In this document: positions 1-13,494 of the stretch, piece after piece
How positions within the stretch are numbered: position 1 is the first letter of the stretch
How the letters are laid out: the number at the start of each line of letters is the position of its first letter
Assembly: GCF_006345805.1 (NCBI RefSeq)
Contig: NC_043014.1
Coordinates: 18,972,001 to 19,036,000, forward strand
From: Octopus sinensis
Lineage: Eukaryota
Length of the DNA stretch: 64,000 nt
Direction of reading: 5' to 3'
The notes under the pieces: generated by a model
What the model was told of the DNA's origin: nothing
The model's database searches: none
The model's input: only the letters and a program-made list of their open reading frames with translations
Translations under genes and position numbers: made by a program

Positions 1-570
1 TGACTTAATAGTCCCAAATGATGAGCAAGTCAATATGAGAGGTATAGAGAAAATAGCAACATATCCGCACCTAAGCATTGAGCTAAATATGCTATTGAAA
101 TTGCTGGTAAAATGTTTCCCTAATGTTAGAAGCGCATTAGGAACTATTAATAAACATTTGATTAGATAGATAGGGTAAACATTCATAAAAAATCATGTGT
201 AGCTCCAGAAAACAGAATCATTAAAGACAGCATTTAAGCATACATATTGTAGCCTGATGTTCGTAATTTTTTTCCAGTGGTCTAATCGGAACAATAAAAG
301 AATTATATTCCTTCGATCAAAAGATACATTTGCCTAGTCCCAGGTGAACTCAAAATTATCAGTTTCCTCATAGTAACTTCATAGCAATTTACATACCTGG
401 ATACAAATTACATACCCCCATCTTCCACAAATAGATGCGGCATCTATTATATTTGAAGTTGTCTTTTCTTTTTAAGCTTTTCCTCTTTTCTTTTATTAAA
501 GCCTCTCCTTCAAACACTATACATCGAAATAGACAGGAGTGATCAAGAATAATATAGGCTTAATACTAAA

Positions 571-727
571 GGCACAAGGGCTGAAATTTAGTGATGAGGG
601 GACTGGTCGATTACATCGGCTCTACTCTCTCACGGTTGCTTAATTTATCAATCCCGAAAGAATGAAAGGCAAAGTCGATATCGATGTTATTTGAACTCAG
701 AACGGAAAGAGGGACGAAATGCCGCTA
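571..727 (-). mobile_element. tRNA-derived SINE family A, 5'-truncated and degraded
   Basis: Reverse complement matches the intact copy at 3695-3906 (gaaaggcaaagtcga...atttgaactcagaacg...gaaatgccgcta); abuts a (TAA)n array. Confidence 0.75.
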
Positions 728-733
728 ATAATG

Positions 734-807
<74 letters not shown>
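726..807. repeat. (TAA)n microsatellite
   Basis: Direct reading. Confidence 0.95.
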
Positions 808-810
<3 letters not shown>

Positions 811-1656
811 GTAAGAGTTAATAGATTATGTCGACTCTAATAAGCGACTGATATAATATTTTATTGACCTACTACTTATAAATGGCAAAGTCGACTTGGT
901 ATAGACTTGAACTCATTTCATAAAGGATTATAACTAAATAGCGGAACAATGTTTGGATTTGTTTTGTTTTTGTCTTTATCTCTTCCAGGCTGGCGCTCTG
1001 GTGATTAGGCCAATCGAGCACCTCGTTATCGAAAGAAAAATAAAACACTTCCAAATGATTGTAAAATATAATGTACAAGTTGTCAGGCAGAAAAGAAATA
1101 AAATAAACACAGAATCAGCAGGAAACAGTTCAACCAGTGAGAACCAGTTTATTAATTAAAAAGAAAGAAAAAGAATCAAAACCAAAAAAAAAAACCTAAG
1201 AAATGAATAGAATTTAGTAAAAAAGAAAAAAACAATCAAAAAGAAAGGGAAGCAAAGAAAATTATTTTCACGCTGTATTTGTAGGCTGATGAATAATTAA
1301 TCTTTGATAAAATAGGCTTTGACAATATGAAATATCATCACAAAGATGGCAGAATCATCATCTCCGTATTGAAGTGATCATGTGAGAACTGCAGAAACAA
1401 CAACAAAAAACAACAAAAGAAAAATCAAAAGTTGTTGAACAAATAGAAGTTAATAAGTAATAATACACACACACACACACACACACACTTCTAATTGAAT
1501 TCTTCGAAAGTTCACGCCTACGTAGATGTATATAACTATAAAACTATATATGTACATATATAGATGGCTAAATAGATATAAACAAGCGTATATATATGTA
1601 TGTATGAATGTATGTATGTATGTATGTATGTATGTATGTATGTATGTATCTTTCTT

Positions 1657-1697
<41 letters not shown>

Positions 1698-1740
1698 ACA
1701 TATATATAACTGTGTGTGTATATATTTATGCTTATTTGTA

Positions 1741-1810
<70 letters not shown>

Positions 1811-2180
1811 AAAAGAAAGAGTATGATGTCTATATACTATTTTATTTTCCAAGTGTGTTCGTGTTAATGAGAAAAATAAGAAAAAACTCTTTTTTTTCAA
1901 CTATTTGTCAATTTTATTGCATCAATTACGTCAAGCTAGATTTAAAATAAGGAGTAAATGTAGTATAAGGAGGAGAAAGAATGGGGCAGAAGGTGGAGAA
2001 ACATAAAGAAGAAAACCTGGTGGTTGATCAAGAGGATGCGATACTAAATAGGTGGGGTATAAAATGATTGGAAGTGGGAGAGAATGCGAGTTATATGGGA
2101 TCATTTATTTGTGTAACCTCTTCGATATTGTCTTTTATAGATTAGACATAGCAGTCTTTATTAATATTTTTCTTCTATTA

Positions 2181-2360
2181 GCACGGGGGCTGATTTAATT
2201 TTTTTGTGGTGCCGGTGGTGGTGATGGTGGGGTCTAGTCGATTGCATCTACTCCACGTCGTTGAAAGGATGAAAGCCAAAATCGACTTCAGTATAATTTG
2301 AACTGATAGTGCGAAACCGGGAGAAATGCCGCTAAGCATTTAGCCCGACATGCTAACTTC
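2181..2360 (-). mobile_element. SINE family A, degraded
   Basis: gaaaggatgaaagccaaaatcgac...atttgaact...gaaatgccgctaagcatttagcccgacatgctaac matches family A in reverse. Confidence 0.7.
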
Positions 2361-2610
2361 TCTCTTTTTGTCATACTCAGCATAACTAAAGTTACGCGTG
2401 TGTGTGTGTGTAAAGGGCGTATTTGGGTACTGACGCACCTAATGATTTACATTATTGCATGTTTTGTTCCTATCGTTCTTATTGTTTTCCCTCTTTTTCT
2501 TAATTTCTCCCTGTCTGTAGCTATAACTTTGCAACAAAATCTGTCCCTTGCTTTAACGTACAGGCATTTTCAATACGTTGTATTAAATCCGAGCGAAACA
2601 GAGTACATTT

Positions 2611-2790
2611 AACAAGATACCTCTTATCACATCACTCGAGGAGACGCTTCTGTATGGAAGTATACACCACAACTAGTTGCATAGTTTTTCACCCGCGTGG
2701 GATCGATGCATGATGTGTCGAAACGATCATTGTGAGCAATAAAGTTTTCCCGTGTATTCCATTTTCCCGTCTCCTATCGTTTGTTATATA
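2611..2790 (+). mobile_element. Penelope pLTR-like element with a degenerate hammerhead-like motif
   Basis: tcac-TCGAGGA-gacgc...gtgtc-GAAA-cgatcatt-gtga at 2632-2735, then AATAAA, a pyrimidine-rich tail and a (TA)n end; the left boundary is uncertain. Confidence 0.45.
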
Positions 2791-3014
2791 TATATTTATA
2801 TATACACTACTTGACGTACTCGGTTAATTCCCGGGTAAGCGAATTCCGTTCTCATAATCGTTTCGTTAATCCAGTAACAACAAAACAAAGCATATAGCCC
2901 TTAAAATAGTTTTTGTACATTTACAGAGAATACCGGACTGTCTTACACAGGATCTTGTGTTTAGGAAGTTCCAATAAATTATGAATTCACAAATTGTGAA
3001 GTCAGTTATTTAAT

Positions 3015-3640
3015 AACATGAAATTAGTTACCCGATAGAAAGAATTCAAATAAAGTAGCCCCGGAAAGGGCTTTAATGAATCCCAGAGTAAATAGAACTT
3101 GGGAGGAAATACTAATAAGCTATGTATACTAAAATCGTGAAGCATGTTATGTAATAACAGGCTAATCAGATATGAGATAATAACAATTCAAAGTAAATAA
3201 CTCTGAAAGGACTTTAGTGCGTTCCCAGAGAATATTTCCTTCAGGGGCCCGTGTATTGGTATATTCGTGAATAAGTAACTAACTGAAATAAGTGGATCTA
3301 TTGTTTAGGAAAATACTATTTACTTATTTAAGGGTTGTACTGGATAAATTTCGAAAATAACACTAACAGTTCAAATAATAAGAAATAAGCATACTCAGTT
3401 TGACTTATACCAAATAATTTAGGACAAAGAATTGGTTATTTCCCTTGGCTATATAGAAGGATCCCTTTCAGGAGCCCTGTTATCGATATTTTCAGCAATC
3501 TGAGTACGCCATGAGGTTTCCAGACATGTGTTCTACTCAAGTGTCAAGTTTCATATAAATCGATAAAACGATGTAGGAGGCGTTAGCTAACAACTGCAGA
3601 AGGACACCCACAGACAGAATTTCCCACGTATGTAGTATAT
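3015..3640 (+). mobile_element. Possible non-autonomous Helitron/Helentron-like element
   Basis: 3' part (aagtttcatataaatcgat...cacagacagaatttccc...tagtatat) resembles ends of DINE/HINE-type elements; left boundary uncertain. Confidence 0.3.
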
Positions 3641-3665
3641 ATATTTATAAAATACATTATATACA

Positions 3666-4728
3666 CAAATGGTGCGGTGAATATATTGTCGTCTAAGGCG
3701 GCGACCTGCCTAAAACGTTAGCACACCGGGAGAAATCATTCGTGGTATTTCGTCTGTCTTTACGTCCTGAGTTCAAATTCTGCCGAGGTCGACTTCGCTT
3801 TTCATCCTTTCAGGGTGGATAAATTAAGTACCAGTTGCGTACTTGGGTTGATCTTATCGACTGGCCCCTCCCCCAAAATTTCGGGCCTTGTGCCTAGAGT
3901 AGAAAAGAATATATTGTCTAAATTACGCAAAATGACAATAACACTGACATCTAATTTTAACTGATATATTTACCAAAATTACATTAAGATATCTTGAAAT
4001 ACTGAAGAGTATATATATTCAATAAAATCACCATTGGCTTCAACCATGTCGCCCAGATAAATTCGAAGTCTGCAACTCTTCTTGTCAGTCTCCTTGTTTA
4101 AGTTGGTAAAAGCTGCCATAACACTTGCTTTCAGTTCATCTTTGGTGTTACAAGGAGTTTTGTTGGTTTCTCGATCAACTGCGCCCCACACATAATAATC
4201 AAGGGAATTGCAGTCTGGTGAGTTGGTTAGGTGGCCAGCTGTTAGGGGTGGTGTAGTCGCAGAAATTGCCTGACAGCCACGACTGGGTTCTCATGTTTGT
4301 GTGACATAGGGTTTTCCAGCAGTTACCATCTTGAGACAGGGCAACAATAGCTCCTCCGGGCATGTGTTGAGTGTGACGCCGTGTGGAAGATGAATGGAGG
4401 CATAACGTCGCCATCACTAGCAATCATTCCAAATACCACGATGTTGACAGAATCTTTGACTTTTATCACACTTAGTTCATGCACTGACCTCAGATTTACA
4501 CCCAAACACTCTGAAATATTTCTGTTGGAGCTTCCGGCGCGAATGCCAAGTAGTACCATATGTCATTTCCAAATTTCTGGCAGACTGAATTAAGTCATAG
4601 TGCTGTCATTCTCACAGACGGTGCCTTGCTAACCCTACTGCACTGTGTTGTCATAAAAATCAAAAACGAACAATGCACATCCGCGAAATAAAAACTAAAA
4701 ATGGCTACAATTTATCCATCGCAATCTG
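3666..4728 (-). mobile_element. Internally deleted Tc1/mariner-superfamily transposon (maT/DD37D-like), transposase pseudogene
   Basis: Minus-strand peptides VNIVVFGMIASDGDVMPPFIF, WPPN/SPDCNSLDYYVWGAVDRETNK...ELKASVMAAF (frameshifted); degenerate TIRs ggtgcggtgaatatattgtc (3671-3690) and acaatttatccatcgcaatctg (4707-4728). Confidence 0.8.
3695..3906 (+). mobile_element. SINE family A, full length, with target-site duplication
   Basis: tRNA-like head with B box gagttcaaattc, central gaggtcgacttcgcttttcatcctttc...aagtacca block; 12-bp direct repeat gaatatattgtc at 3679-3690 and 3907-3918. Confidence 0.9.
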
Positions 4729-4933
4729 TAAATATATTGAATAAAGTGGCTACTTCTAAAATCTCTAAACGAGATATAAGTAGTGACAATATTAGACGGT
4801 AACGTATTTTTATGACACTATGACATGGTTGTTCTATAAAGAACAATGTTATTATATTTTGACCCCAGGAAAACTTCTTTTCCAGCTGGTCAATGACACA
4901 CAAACTGTATATATGTATATATATATATATATG

Positions 4934-4977
<44 letters not shown>

Positions 4978-5741
4978 GTGTGTGTGTGTGTGTATGTGTG
5001 TGTGTGTTTATGTGTGTGTGTGTATGTATGTGTATATATGTATATTCCTGCATTTATGTATAAAATTACGATGTCGAGTATATCTTATAATGTTTTGTTT
5101 CAATATATTTATAGTTTCCAATAATACTACAGAATATTATATACTGCACTCTTATTTAAATAATTATTTAATACATGCAAATCAGAAATACTACACTAAC
5201 CAAGTCAACAATTGTATACTGTAGAAACTGCTATGAGGTAATAATCAATATGTGAATACAAAATGACTACACATTCTACATAGAATGACTTACAAACAAC
5301 ACATATGATGTAATAGGAGACAAACAAAACCACCTGCGTTTTAGCCAGTTTCTCTAGTCACGTAGCAGAGTTATATTATATGATTATGAAATTTGGGACG
5401 CCAGACATTTCGATATAGTCCAAAGCACATATAATGTTGCCAAGCATGCATTATACATGCAAATCGCTCTATATAATTCACTTGAGATCTTATTAATGGT
5501 GGATAAAGAAAATGTGACCGTGTGGACAGTGAAATAACTTAAATCAATCGCTGACGATCTTCCAACTTTGGAAAGATTTTACTTTTCTGTGCGAGAAGTT
5601 ATTGTATGTGTACATAAGTATAAGCAGGTTAGACCTTACTGTCCAGAAATTCTTATTTGAAAATCTATAAATATATTACGTAGTACGATATTTCGCACTC
5701 ACAGTCATACACACACCTGACGGTGAGTCTGTGTATATACA

Positions 5742-5789
<48 letters not shown>

Positions 5790-5888
5790 TACACATATAT
5801 ATATATGAACACGCATATTCATATCTCCTTTCCTATCTGCCTATCTACCAATCTATCAACCAACACATATATAAATACATATATATTC

Positions 5889-5921
<33 letters not shown>

Positions 5922-6001
5922 TACATATATATACATATATATACATACATACATACATACTTGCATACATACATACATATATAACTATGTATATATATGT
6001 A

Positions 6002-6107
<106 letters not shown>

Positions 6108-7028
6108 ACACATCAACTACGTTAAAATCTATGTCAGCGGAAGATTATTCATTTTGGCTCTCAAATTATCTATAGAATGCCATAGAAATGAATTTGAATT
6201 GAACATAATAAAAATATTCTTTTATGCGAGACTATCATCGTCATTTACTCTCATTTTTCTCTTACAATCCCTCTTTATTTCATTCAATTTCTCTCTTTCT
6301 ATCTCGGTCTCCTAGTCTCTATTACCCGCTTATCTTCATAAAGTAAGTCATACATACTTTATATTTTATGGTTCTCCAAACACACCTTCACTCAAAGTTT
6401 TTTCTGTGTACTCCTTTGAGAATATACATATGTATGTGTGTGTGAGTGTATGTGAGCGTGCAGTCGTTTGTGTGATTCATACATACGTATCTTGAATATT
6501 ATACATTCGCCCTTATATAATCTGAGGTCTAACATCACAAAGAATCCAATAGATACGTAACAATAACTTAGAGTATTCATAACTGAGCTGCTAGCCTACA
6601 TAACACATAAGGAACAGATTTAGACAACTTAGAAATGCAAACAGAATGCAAAAATACACACGCACCCACACACAGACACACACACACACACAGAAAACAC
6701 ATATTTACATATATATTTATATATACGTATGTATATATCTCATTTTATCTATCTATTTGAATATATACACACAGATACATACGTACATACATACACACAC
6801 ATACACATATATATACACATTTATATATATATATATTTATATATACATACATACACATATATATATATATAAATATATGAACGTGTCCACGTGTTTGTAA
6901 GTTTCCCGTATATTTCTCTATCGTCTTTGCCCACATCTTCAGTGTGATTTTCCTTGTGCTCTATTTCGTCCTACTATGCAAATTTTACTCTCACCCTCAC
7001 TTGTCTTTCTGTCTAAAATGCTATACAT

Positions 7029-7079
<51 letters not shown>

Positions 7080-7169
7080 CCTCTTCTACAGAAAGGTACA
7101 CAGAAACAAACAAGGAGAGAAAAATACGTGTGTAGTGGCTACCGATCTATCATGCCGACTGTATATATG

Positions 7170-7207
<38 letters not shown>

Positions 7208-7846
7208 TTTGGACACACCCGTGTTGAGTATTATACATTGTATAGTGTCTAAATCGAAGCATAGCAAACAATGCGCTCATTAAATAAGCTAAAATATTCA
7301 GAGATGCGACACAAATCTACATCATGAATATACAACTGATCTTGAGAGTTGCGTAAATTTACACAAAAGAAAGCAATATATGGGTACCATTACATTTTCG
7401 TATCTCTCTGTGTATGTGTACGTGATTATATTTCTATGTGTGTTTCTTAATACATATACATACACACACATAAATATGTATATATGTAATGTAAAGATAT
7501 ATATACACATATATGTATATGTATACAATATACATCTCTATATACATCATATATATATAGACAGAAAAATCAATGTTTCGTAGAATTGAATATTTATCTC
7601 CTAAATTCTCAGATTCTTCGCAGGTTTGCCAAGTGAAATTTCCCTGAATGATTATTTGAAAGCAGTCCTTGAAATTTCCAAATGTGTGTCGTTGCCGTCG
7701 ACTCCTTCTCCTACTCCTGCTGCAGCTGTTCCTCTCTCCTCGGCCTCCTCCCCCCCTCTTGCTTCTACTTCTCCTTCCCCCTCCTCCTTCTCCTCTTCCA
7801 CCTCATCGATATATGCATATGCATATATATATATATATATATATAT

Positions 7847-7895
<49 letters not shown>

Positions 7896-8133
7896 CACAT
7901 ACATTTGGCTTAGTTACTGCGAGTTTAATAGCCTGGTGTATAACTCAATATATATATGCTTCAGAATGAAGCCTTATTCGAGTACAGAACGGTAATATGA
8001 AAAGGGATTACAAAGGCAAAAGCAGCCATCCATTGAACTTCCTTAGCTTACAGCTGTTTCTGCCTTAAGATGCACTGGATACATAGTTGAATGCCTTTAG
8101 TAACACCATATAGCTTCATGCGAGCCTCGAATA

Positions 8134-8209
<76 letters not shown>

Positions 8210-8224
8210 TATATAATTGTCTGT

Positions 8225-8330
8225 TTTTATTCTTTTACTTGTTTCTGTCATTTGACTGCGGCCCTGCTGAAGCACCGCCTTTACTCGAACAAATCGACCC
8301 CAGGACTTATTCTTTGTAAGCCTAGTACGC
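8225..8330 (-). mobile_element. SINE family B, 3' fragment
   Basis: Reverse match to the 3' part of 29127-29528 (cttttacttgtttc...atttgactgcggcc...gcaccgccttt...cttattctttgtaagcctagtac). Confidence 0.75.
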
Positions 8331-8387
8331 TTTCATACACTCGCATCACACACACTCACACACACACATACACACACACACACACAT

Positions 8388-8436
<49 letters not shown>

Positions 8437-8458
8437 GATACACATATATACATATACA

Positions 8459-8543
<85 letters not shown>

Positions 8544-8547
8544 TATA

Positions 8548-8880
8548 TGTAGAAAAATACAAACTGGGACAAGAACGTAAAACATTTAGAAGACGATACA
8601 AAAAACACGGATGGGACATTCGAAGCCTTCAATCTTCATTCAAGAATCGGATTATCCTAGCAATTTCGGCTGATTAATCTTGAGATCACTCCGATCCGGA
8701 CAGACCAAGGATACGAGCATTAGATTTCTTGGAAAAAGGATCGAATGTATACGAAACAGGGACAGAAAAACGGACGATGCCACACGAATATAAAATAAAA
8801 AATACAATAATAGTAAAAATAGGACAAAAACAGCGGGTGTCTTACGACTAATAGACTGTACAACATAGTTTAGTTGGCGT
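8548..8880 (-). mobile_element. Probable Penelope pLTR-type repeat embedded in (TA)n
   Basis: Non-microsatellite block flanked by TA repeats; pyrimidine-rich on the minus strand like 46935-47290; no canonical hammerhead core found. Confidence 0.35.
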
Positions 8881-9621
8881 ATATATATACGCATAAATAC
8901 AAGCAAAAGCACACACATTTATCATCGCCTGCACAGATTTCAATTTCAGCAATGCTGTATGTTTGAGTTTGCTTTCAGATCGAATACTGGAAGTCAGCGT
9001 TAAAAAAGTGTCATTCGTTTTAACCAGTCGTTCATATATGTAATTTCATTGTTTTACAAGCTCAGTATCTGCCGACTCCATAGCTCTAGACAAATTGACC
9101 TTCCAAACGTACGAAGGAGCCAACTATATGTGCACAAATATATGTGATGTGTATATTCTTTTTGAAATACTTTATAACGATCATTGGCTCTGAAATTGCT
9201 AATCACTCGTGTTATTTTCCACTAAACGACTAAGTACCACTATAATTCTGAAAGGATTAGTTGTCTATGAATGTTTTGCTGCGTATCAATATTTTTTCCT
9301 TTTGTTTCTTAATGTCTTGAATTGTTAACGAAACTATGATATATTTTTCATCAGTAGTATTCCGGTAGTCCTCCAATTTCACATCTTGTTTAATTCAAAT
9401 TTAGGCCGCTAGGTGTTAATCTCAATATAACACTTCTTCCACATTTCTTGAATGGTAAATAGATAAAAATAGATGCGAAACACACGGACATCGGCTACTC
9501 TTCTATTCTACTTGAATAGAAATATTGCGCTACGACGGCGTAGAATGAAGCATTGAAAGTACCAGACAATGATTTACCTGAGTAATAGCTATCAAATTAA
9601 TCGAACTATAGTGTGTGTGTG

Positions 9622-9726
<105 letters not shown>

Positions 9727-9743
9727 CATACATACATATATAC

Positions 9744-9777
<34 letters not shown>

Positions 9778-9781
9778 GCAT

Positions 9782-9861
<80 letters not shown>

Positions 9862-12800
9862 AAGATATATAGATAGATATACATAGATACATATACATAC
9901 ATGCATAACTATATTTCTTGTTAACCTAATAAGTGGTGCACCGTAACAGAATTTTCGACACGTGAAACATAACAATCTACTTCAAATCGCTATTAGGTCA
10001 TCGTATGTAGAGTCATGATAGGTGAGTTTGTACTGGCACCGAGTCGTTTGAATAGCAATAATGAAATCAAATCAAATAGCGATATTTTGAAATCTTTTAA
10101 TACGTTCGTTTTAGGTTTACGTAATATATGACAGCAAATTCCTCCATTACGTTTAAGTAATTTAAAATTCAAGGAAATTAATTAAAAAATTTCAATATTT
10201 ATGTAGTCAGAGAAGTAAATTAGCTACTAAGTCAGGAGAATCGAGAGAAAGACAGGAAACACAAAGAGAAAGAGAAAGAGAGAGAGGGGGAGAAAGGAAG
10301 AAAAGGAGAGAAGGAAGTGTAAAATGAAATTCTAGGGATATGAAGAAATGATGTCCAAGGGACTTTTTAAATTCGTACATCAATTCCTTCCTATTTTAAA
10401 TCGTTTTGTCTGAGAAAAGTTTACATAATGTATGCATTTCTCATTATATATTACACAAAACAGAAACGTACGTATTAAATTAGTTCCTCAATATTTGGTT
10501 GGCTTCATTATTACAGCCTATACATGTGTGTGTTTGTGTGTGTGTGTGTGTGTGTTTGTGTGTGTGTGTCTGTGTGTGCGTGTCTCTAAGTTTATACTTG
10601 ACAACTTTCCGTATTTCATTCACAAATCATTGGTCTCGGCCTAAGTTGTTCGTTTATTTATTATTTTTTTTTTTAAGAAAAGCACCAGCTGAAACTTGCC
10701 GTGTAGTACGGTGTAGACCGATATCACATTATAGCGAAGCGAGCTAGTTAACACCACAACCATGCCTGCCTCCTGGTTGATAAATCCTCTTTCAAAATCA
10801 CTCAATGAAGAACGATATATTTGCTGTTTGTAAGCTACACGGACTTTTCAATCAATGTAGAAATTCTGCCATTATTCGGTTCGATTAATAATAGTGTTCT
10901 ATTTTCAGTATGAGAAAAAATAACAAAATATGAATATACATATACATCATAAAAAATGTATAGTTTTGTGTATGTATATTATTTTTACAGATTATTCCTA
11001 AGAGGTCTTTTACACTTTCTGATTCGAGATTGTTATTGTTTTTGTTTTGTTTATTGTTTTCGTATATTTTTACAATAACACCCATTCCCCGACTTTAATT
11101 GCATTTTTCTTAAAGAACAGAAAATTCGATATTAAATACATATACTTAGAGATGTACAATTACACGCCTTCCATAACACATATAGACACGTATGTTACTG
11201 AGTAAACACACACATACGCACACATACACATACGCGCGTGCATATGTATAAATATATATATATATATATATATATAATGCATATATGTATGTGTGCGTTT
11301 GAAAATTCATATACATATACACGTACATACAGAGATATATGCATAGCCAGTTATTTATATATAAATATGTGTATACACACACACACACATATATATAATG
11401 TGTATAAATATAAATATATATACTTATATATACATATACACTTACTTATATACACGCACAAATAAGCACATATACATAAATATATATACACAGGTATAAA
11501 CACACACGTACATATGTACGTATGTATATTTGTATCTACCTAACTATCCATCTATCTATCTATCTATCTGTCTATATATATATATATGTATATGTATATA
11601 TATATACATATATATATATATACATATATATATATACACATATATATATACATACATATACATATATGTATGTATATATATACACCTATATATATATACA
11701 CATATACGTATATACATACATACATATACATACCTACATATATATATATATATACATACATATATGATACATGTATATGTGCGTGTTTGGATAAGTGTGT
11801 ACGTATATTGGTGCGCATATATAGATATTATAATGTGTAAGTGTATGTCTGTGTAAGCCTGTTCTTGGTAACGTGTTTGTATTTTTGGAAAGTATTCAAA
11901 ACACTAGCCAGGCAGCAATAAAAACTTTCTAATATATAATAAAAGAAGTAAAAAATACACCCACACTTCATAAATAATAGTTATTGTTCATGTTTGTATT
12001 ATGTCTTATATATATTTTATTTGTTGTTTTCGTGTGTTTTATGTTCTTGTATTTGTGGCTATGTTATTTGTAATAGTTGTATTCCTCTGAGAATCATACA
12101 ATTAAACTGGCTGTAATCAAAATATTTTTTACGCTGTTGGTGTTCCATACTTACTAAGACGTTTGCGCCATGTTTTAGTTTGTTTCAAATTTATTTCGTT
12201 TATTTTACATTATATCGTTTTATTGTATTTTTATATATAATTTTTCTTGTTGTTTAGAATTTAGTTTGGATTGGAACAAAGGCGATTAAATTACTTAGGG
12301 AGGAGGGCGTGAATGTTTAACTACGTATTTCTGATTGCTCTTTATTTGGTGGATTTGCTGAATCGATCGAGCATCGGTCTCAGAACGTATATATAGCCGT
12401 AACAAATTACTATCATTTAGTAATTTAAGGCTGTTTACGTCCTGAGTTCGAACCCTACCGAATTCAACATCGCTTTGCGTCTTTCCTGGGTCAATAAAAT
12501 AAAATACTGATGCGATTTTATTTAATAATAGTATAAAACAGCCGAAAAATTAAGGAAATTATCATAGAGAACAAGATTTGACAAGTCACACACGAGTTCG
12601 TCATTGGTGGAGCAATAAGTTTATGATGAGAATAGATACTATAAACCATTTAATACAGCGCCCTGCAGAGACTACACCTCCATCAACTTATAAATGGTCA
12701 ATAATAAGAATCGACCTGTTAAATATAGCAACCAAATTACCCTAAGACTTTAACCTATTTAGTGAGAGAGAGTTTGTGTAATATACTCTTAGAAAATGGC

Positions 12801-13494
12801 AGAGACATAGACGGGCGAGTCAAGGGTAGATTTACATGGAAGCCTACTTTATCAAGCCTGGCCTGGAGCTAAACAAGAACTGCAACGTCAGCAAAAGCAA
12901 CTATCAACAATACAATGGTACAACGGTCATGAAACATGCAGAACCCGTATCCCGTAGAATATGAGATATAATCGTACAATGTTTAGTTTCTGTAGATTAC
13001 TGATTCTAGATCTAAATAATTGGAACACGTAGAATATTGCGAAATCAGTCGTGTTCTTAGTAAATTTTGAAACAGAAAGTGTACCTATTTTTACCTTAGA
13101 TTTTAAAATTTTAGTTTAAGAGCTTAGAAAATCCTGCTTCAAAACAGTATTCAGATATGCAATATAATAATTTTCCATAAGTTTAATTTTCTTTTTTAAC
13201 TTTGAGCTTTTTTCGTATTTTGAGCTTTTTTCCATATTGAAGGAGCCAGAAGTTTCTGGTCCGGCTTGAAGTTTAGAAGATTGAGAAATTTTGTGCTGTA
13301 AGTATTGTAAGCCAAATTAACTGACAAACAAAAAAATAAATTGTACATTTCTCATCAGTGAATTCAACATTTGTTTAACAATGGTGATGGTCATAATCAC
13401 TTGCTTATGATTACACACACAAACACACACACACACACACACACAAACACACACATACCTAAATAATAAAAATAATGATATATATATATATATA

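Noticed and set aside
7626-7900. Ser/Pro-rich and Glu/Gly-rich ORFs
   Set aside because: A low-complexity polypyrimidine tract running into (TA)n, with no splice or homology support.
9150-9400. Possible second GIY-YIG remnant on the minus strand
   Set aside because: Only vague similarity; no continuous motif could be read.
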